From Utricularia gibba (lineage: Eukaryota; Plantae; Magnoliophyta): a stretch of DNA of 64,000 bases. The notes beneath the pieces are model-generated. The model made no database searches. It saw only the letters and a list, made by a program, of their open reading frames with translations, and was not told the DNA's origin. A program made the translations under genes and the position numbers. Positions 60,562 to 64,000 of this stretch are shown here, piece by piece (position 1 is the stretch's first letter; every line of letters begins with the position of its first letter). The stretch is from the NCBI GenBank assembly GCA_002189035.1, contig NEEC01000030.1, forward strand, positions 186,001 through 250,000, in the 5' to 3' direction.

Positions 60562-61971
60562 TGATAGCACATAGTTTTTCCTATTTTTATTATATGAAAA
60601 TCACAAATTTTTAATTATTTTTAGTTGTTTATTTTATAGTTTTAAGTATTTTTATGTGATTTAGGAAAAATGTGATTTTTGTGTATTACTGGGCTAAATC
60701 CCCACCACATGTTCTAATCCAATTTTGAATTTAGCAGCAACCCGAAAATCATGAAAGAAATCAGGATGTCGTGCAAGTCACCAGGCTGCAAGGAGCAATG
60801 AGTACACTATCGTGGAGGCAATTTGCAAGTCAGGGGCAGGAGCAGTAGAGTTGTCAAAAATTATACTTGCATTGGGAAGTGAGAGGCGAGAGAAAGGAGA
60901 GGAGAGAGAATCGCAAAAGGGGGAGACGAGCTTCAGCAGTTGGCAGCACACACACGAGGGGGTTTCTTCCCTGACTCGAACACAAAGAATACAAAAAAAA
61001 AAAAAAAAAAACCAGAAGGAGAAGAAGCACGATTTTTCGGAGAAAAACCTCCAACGTGAAGGAAGAAGATCAAGACCCAGTCTAATGCTACTGTTCTGAC
61101 CTGTGAACAATAGCAGACAGAAACCAAAACTCTTATTGCTTTATTTTAGTTTATTGATGTTTTTAGCTTATGCACCCAACTTATGCACGATGTTCTTAAC
61201 ATTTTCGTTGTTTTATGCTAATGTCATTACATTTTACCTACAAAATATGAGTAGCTAGAACCTTAGGGGTGCCTTAAGGTGAATCATGATGGTGTGCATT
61301 TAGGATTCATAATAAAATTCATCATTTTTTTTAGCTCTTGTTTCTATCATTCCATGGGTAGACCTAAGGAGGGGAAACAAGTGGTTTCACAACTAAGATG
61401 CTTGATTTAGAGGTAGACCAACAAACCAAGGCGGGAGCAGTAGGTGTTAATCCGGGGTAGAATCAGTAGAATCAGGTAGATTTAGTTCTATATACTTTGC
61501 ATACGAGTAGACCTAATTGCAATGTTGGCAATGATATAGGGGACTAACTTAGCTGAAAATATGATGAATGACCGTGGTAGACTTAGGTTATTTGAAGTTG
61601 TGAGTGTAGGAATATGGTGAATTAAATTAGGTACCTTAGCACTACACCACTTGCAGACCCTTAAGGCATCTTAGTATTACTCTGAGTTAAAACCAATACT
61701 TGTTACCCTTAGCGTTCAGACGTGATCTTGTTTACTGATTTTGTTTGTTGAACTTGTTTACTACTGTTGGTCCGAGCTTAGACTAAGACTCACTATTATT
61801 CCGAATTGTGCATCTACTGAAACACTTAGCAAGCACAAGCTCCTTGTGATTGACCCCGAAATCCACTATACAAATTTTCTAAATTTGTATTTTGTGTAGA
61901 TTAGGGCTTATAAATTTATTTGATACGAAATTTCTATTTTTGCAACGACACTAGGAAATTCTCGTTTATCA
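60562..61971 (+). mobile_element. Solo LTR, Athila family C, ~1.7 kb upstream of the DFO start codon
   Basis: TGATAGCAC...CTCGTTTATCA; perfect TSD ACATT (60557-60561, 61972-61976). Confidence 0.92.
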
Positions 61972-62803
61972 ACATTGTTATTAGATCATAATAGGTGAGA
62001 CATAAGGTGACCTTGCTTAGATTCTATGGTCTAGAGAGCCACCTCCAGCTACATAATCGCAAACTCAAGTCATATATAACATAATATATCATGCATTTCT
62101 TGCATAACCTTCATACTTTTTGGTCTTACACTTATACATGATACCTAAGACATGGCTGACATATTAGCCGTAGTGCTCATGATACAATCACATTGATGAA
62201 GATATGCATCCATTCCTTCTTCATTCTTTCCTATCTTGTTTATCACATATTACATAAAAATACATACTGCACGTACTATAACAAAGACATGCCATCTTGA
62301 AAGCAATAGAGGTGGCTATCCTTAGTAAAGAGAATCATATTTTTGGAACTTGAAAATTTTTTTTCTGAAATAACATGAAATCATAGTAGTTCCATTAAAA
62401 ACATCATAGCTTACTCCCTCATTAGAATTTTTGTGTAATTTAAGAAGTTTCAGAAAGTAGATGCAAAAAGCTAAGATTGATACAATCAAAATCAATTCAA
62501 AGTAATGGAAATCAAATAGATACATAAATTTTTATAAATCAACTTTAAAGACAAACAAAGCATCAAAAGCAATCATCCTACTTATCTTAACACCTTAGAC
62601 TTCAAACTAACTTTAAACCTTCATTTACTAAAGTATTGTTACCTTTTCTTCCAATTTCTCCTCACCTTTGCAAAATTCGAAAATGAGTGAAAGAACCCTA
62701 AATTGTATCATATATATCTCATTCTACATCTCATCTTTATTTTACGTACAACATTTAGTACACACACAAGATGTAGCGCACATGCAAGATCAATATGTGG
62801 CAC

Positions 62804-63183
62804 TAATAAACGGAAATTTTCTAATATCGTTGTAATAAAAATAGAAATCCGTTATCAAATAAATTTATAATCCCTAATCCTCACAAAATACAAATTAATC
62901 ATAAAGTATATAGTGGAATTCGGGGTCGATCACAAGGAGCTTGTGCTTGTCATGTATTTCAACAGATGAACAAATTCAAGGTAATGGCTAGTCTTAGTCT
63001 AAGCTCGAACCAATAGTGGTAAACAAATTCAGTAAACAAATTCAGTAAACAAAATCAGTAAACAATATTAGCTCTTAACGCTAAACTAACGGGTATTGGT
63101 TCTAACTCAGAATAATACTAAGGTGCCTTAAGGATCTACAGATGATGTGGTGCCAAAATTCCTAATTCAATCTACCTGTTCCT
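62804..63183 (-). mobile_element. Family C LTR, 3' part, interrupted by a family A LTR
   Basis: TAATAAACGGAAATTTT... matches 6272 and 12618 onward. Confidence 0.8.
63019..63065. repeat. Tandem repeat, 13-bp unit GTAAACAAATTCA x ~3.6
   Basis: Read directly; other family C copies have fewer units here. Confidence 0.8.
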
Positions 63184-64000
63184 TCTTAGTGTATGTGTTC
63201 TAGAGACTATCAACTCATTGGCAAATCTTATCCTTTGATGTTTACCTTGAATTGTGATCAAGTTTACATCATTGATAAAATCCTCCACTTGATCTATGTG
63301 CTATAGAAATGTTGATGAGATTAAGCTTAGACTTGAGATCAACAAAGTTATCTTGATCTTAAGCTCACATTTTCGCTCATTACTAATGGGAGCCTAACCA
63401 TGGCTTGCCTAGTATGGATGAGTAGGGATGTGACTCCTTAAGGTTGGAGATAGTTGATTGATCAATAAAGGATTCATCACTCATGTTAGCGATGAGATCA
63501 TATCTCAAGTAATTGCATCAAAGCCTAGCAGTAAGTCCTGGGCCTAGGGTAATGACACTCGAATTGTTTGAGTAGGTCATTGAGTGTTAGTGCTTGAATG
63601 CAATTATAAGTTCGATACATCAGAAAGACACACACCCATGTTCTAGTATCGAATGAGATATAAGTATGATGAAAGCTGTTCATTGCATGGTGGCTGATCA
63701 TGGAAAGGCTCAATCAGTTCACCTGATTATTCTTACATCTTGGGGATCATGATATGTTGCTAGACATCACTCATGATCGATAATGATGGATTTGATTAAT
63801 TAAGAGTTAATTAATAAATCCATTATTACGGCCTTGGTTGAAGAAGCCTATAGGGTCACGCACAATAGTGGAGTCACTCAACGATATAAAATAGAATGAC
63901 ACAATTACATGAGATGTAATTGGTAAAGTGGATAAATTAAATTGAGAGTTATTTTGAGATTAATATTGATTAAACTCAAAATAAAAGATCATATATAGAT
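63184..64000 (+). mobile_element. Family A Angela-type LTR with ~290-bp internal deletion, running off the window
   Basis: TCTTAGTGTATGTGTTC start; GATGAGATTA joined to AGCTTAGAC at ~63324. Confidence 0.88.

Noticed and set aside
7100-61127. Overlapping ORFs on both strands in each family C LTR (e.g. 7100-7423, 13363-13807, 20461-20813, 32091-32358, 60778-61127)
   Set aside because: They fall in a purine/pyrimidine-skewed, stop-poor LTR segment. Frames and lengths are not conserved between copies and no domain is recognisable.
5342-63713. 62-aa ORF MSLSM.(S/N)HHAMNSF... recurring five times (5342, 33867, 37600, 54022, 63525)
   Set aside because: It is the antisense strand of the family A LTR and starts at TTG. 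Recurrence reflects LTR copy number. The two copies I compared show 2 synonymous and 2 non-synonymous changes, which is no evidence of selection.
1-64000. CRISPR arrays, rRNA/tRNA genes or prokaryotic-type systems
   Set aside because: No regularly spaced repeat-spacer array or structural RNA gene was seen. The content is spliced plant gene and plant TE sequence.

Overview
Plant (angiosperm) repeat-dense, heterochromatin-like window made almost entirely of nested, decayed transposable elements. It contains a MuDR/MULE transposase ruin carrying four LTR insertions and two Athila-type Ty3/gypsy elements, one still bounded by a GTGAT target-site duplication (TSD). It also has a hAT element and a Reina-like chromovirus (296-bp LTRs, GCTCT TSD) that holds a 5'-truncated Angela-type Ty1/copia element. 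Further elements are a TRIM and about ten solo LTRs with recognisable 5-bp TSDs. The only host gene I can support is an apparently intact five-exon homologue of the meiotic gene DFO (minus strand, 57425-58826). The chromovirus sits 119 bp past its stop codon. Family and gene assignments rest on motif recognition from memory, not database searches. Boundaries were read by eye and may be off by a few bases. I found no convincing new biological system; the best leads are listed in findings.
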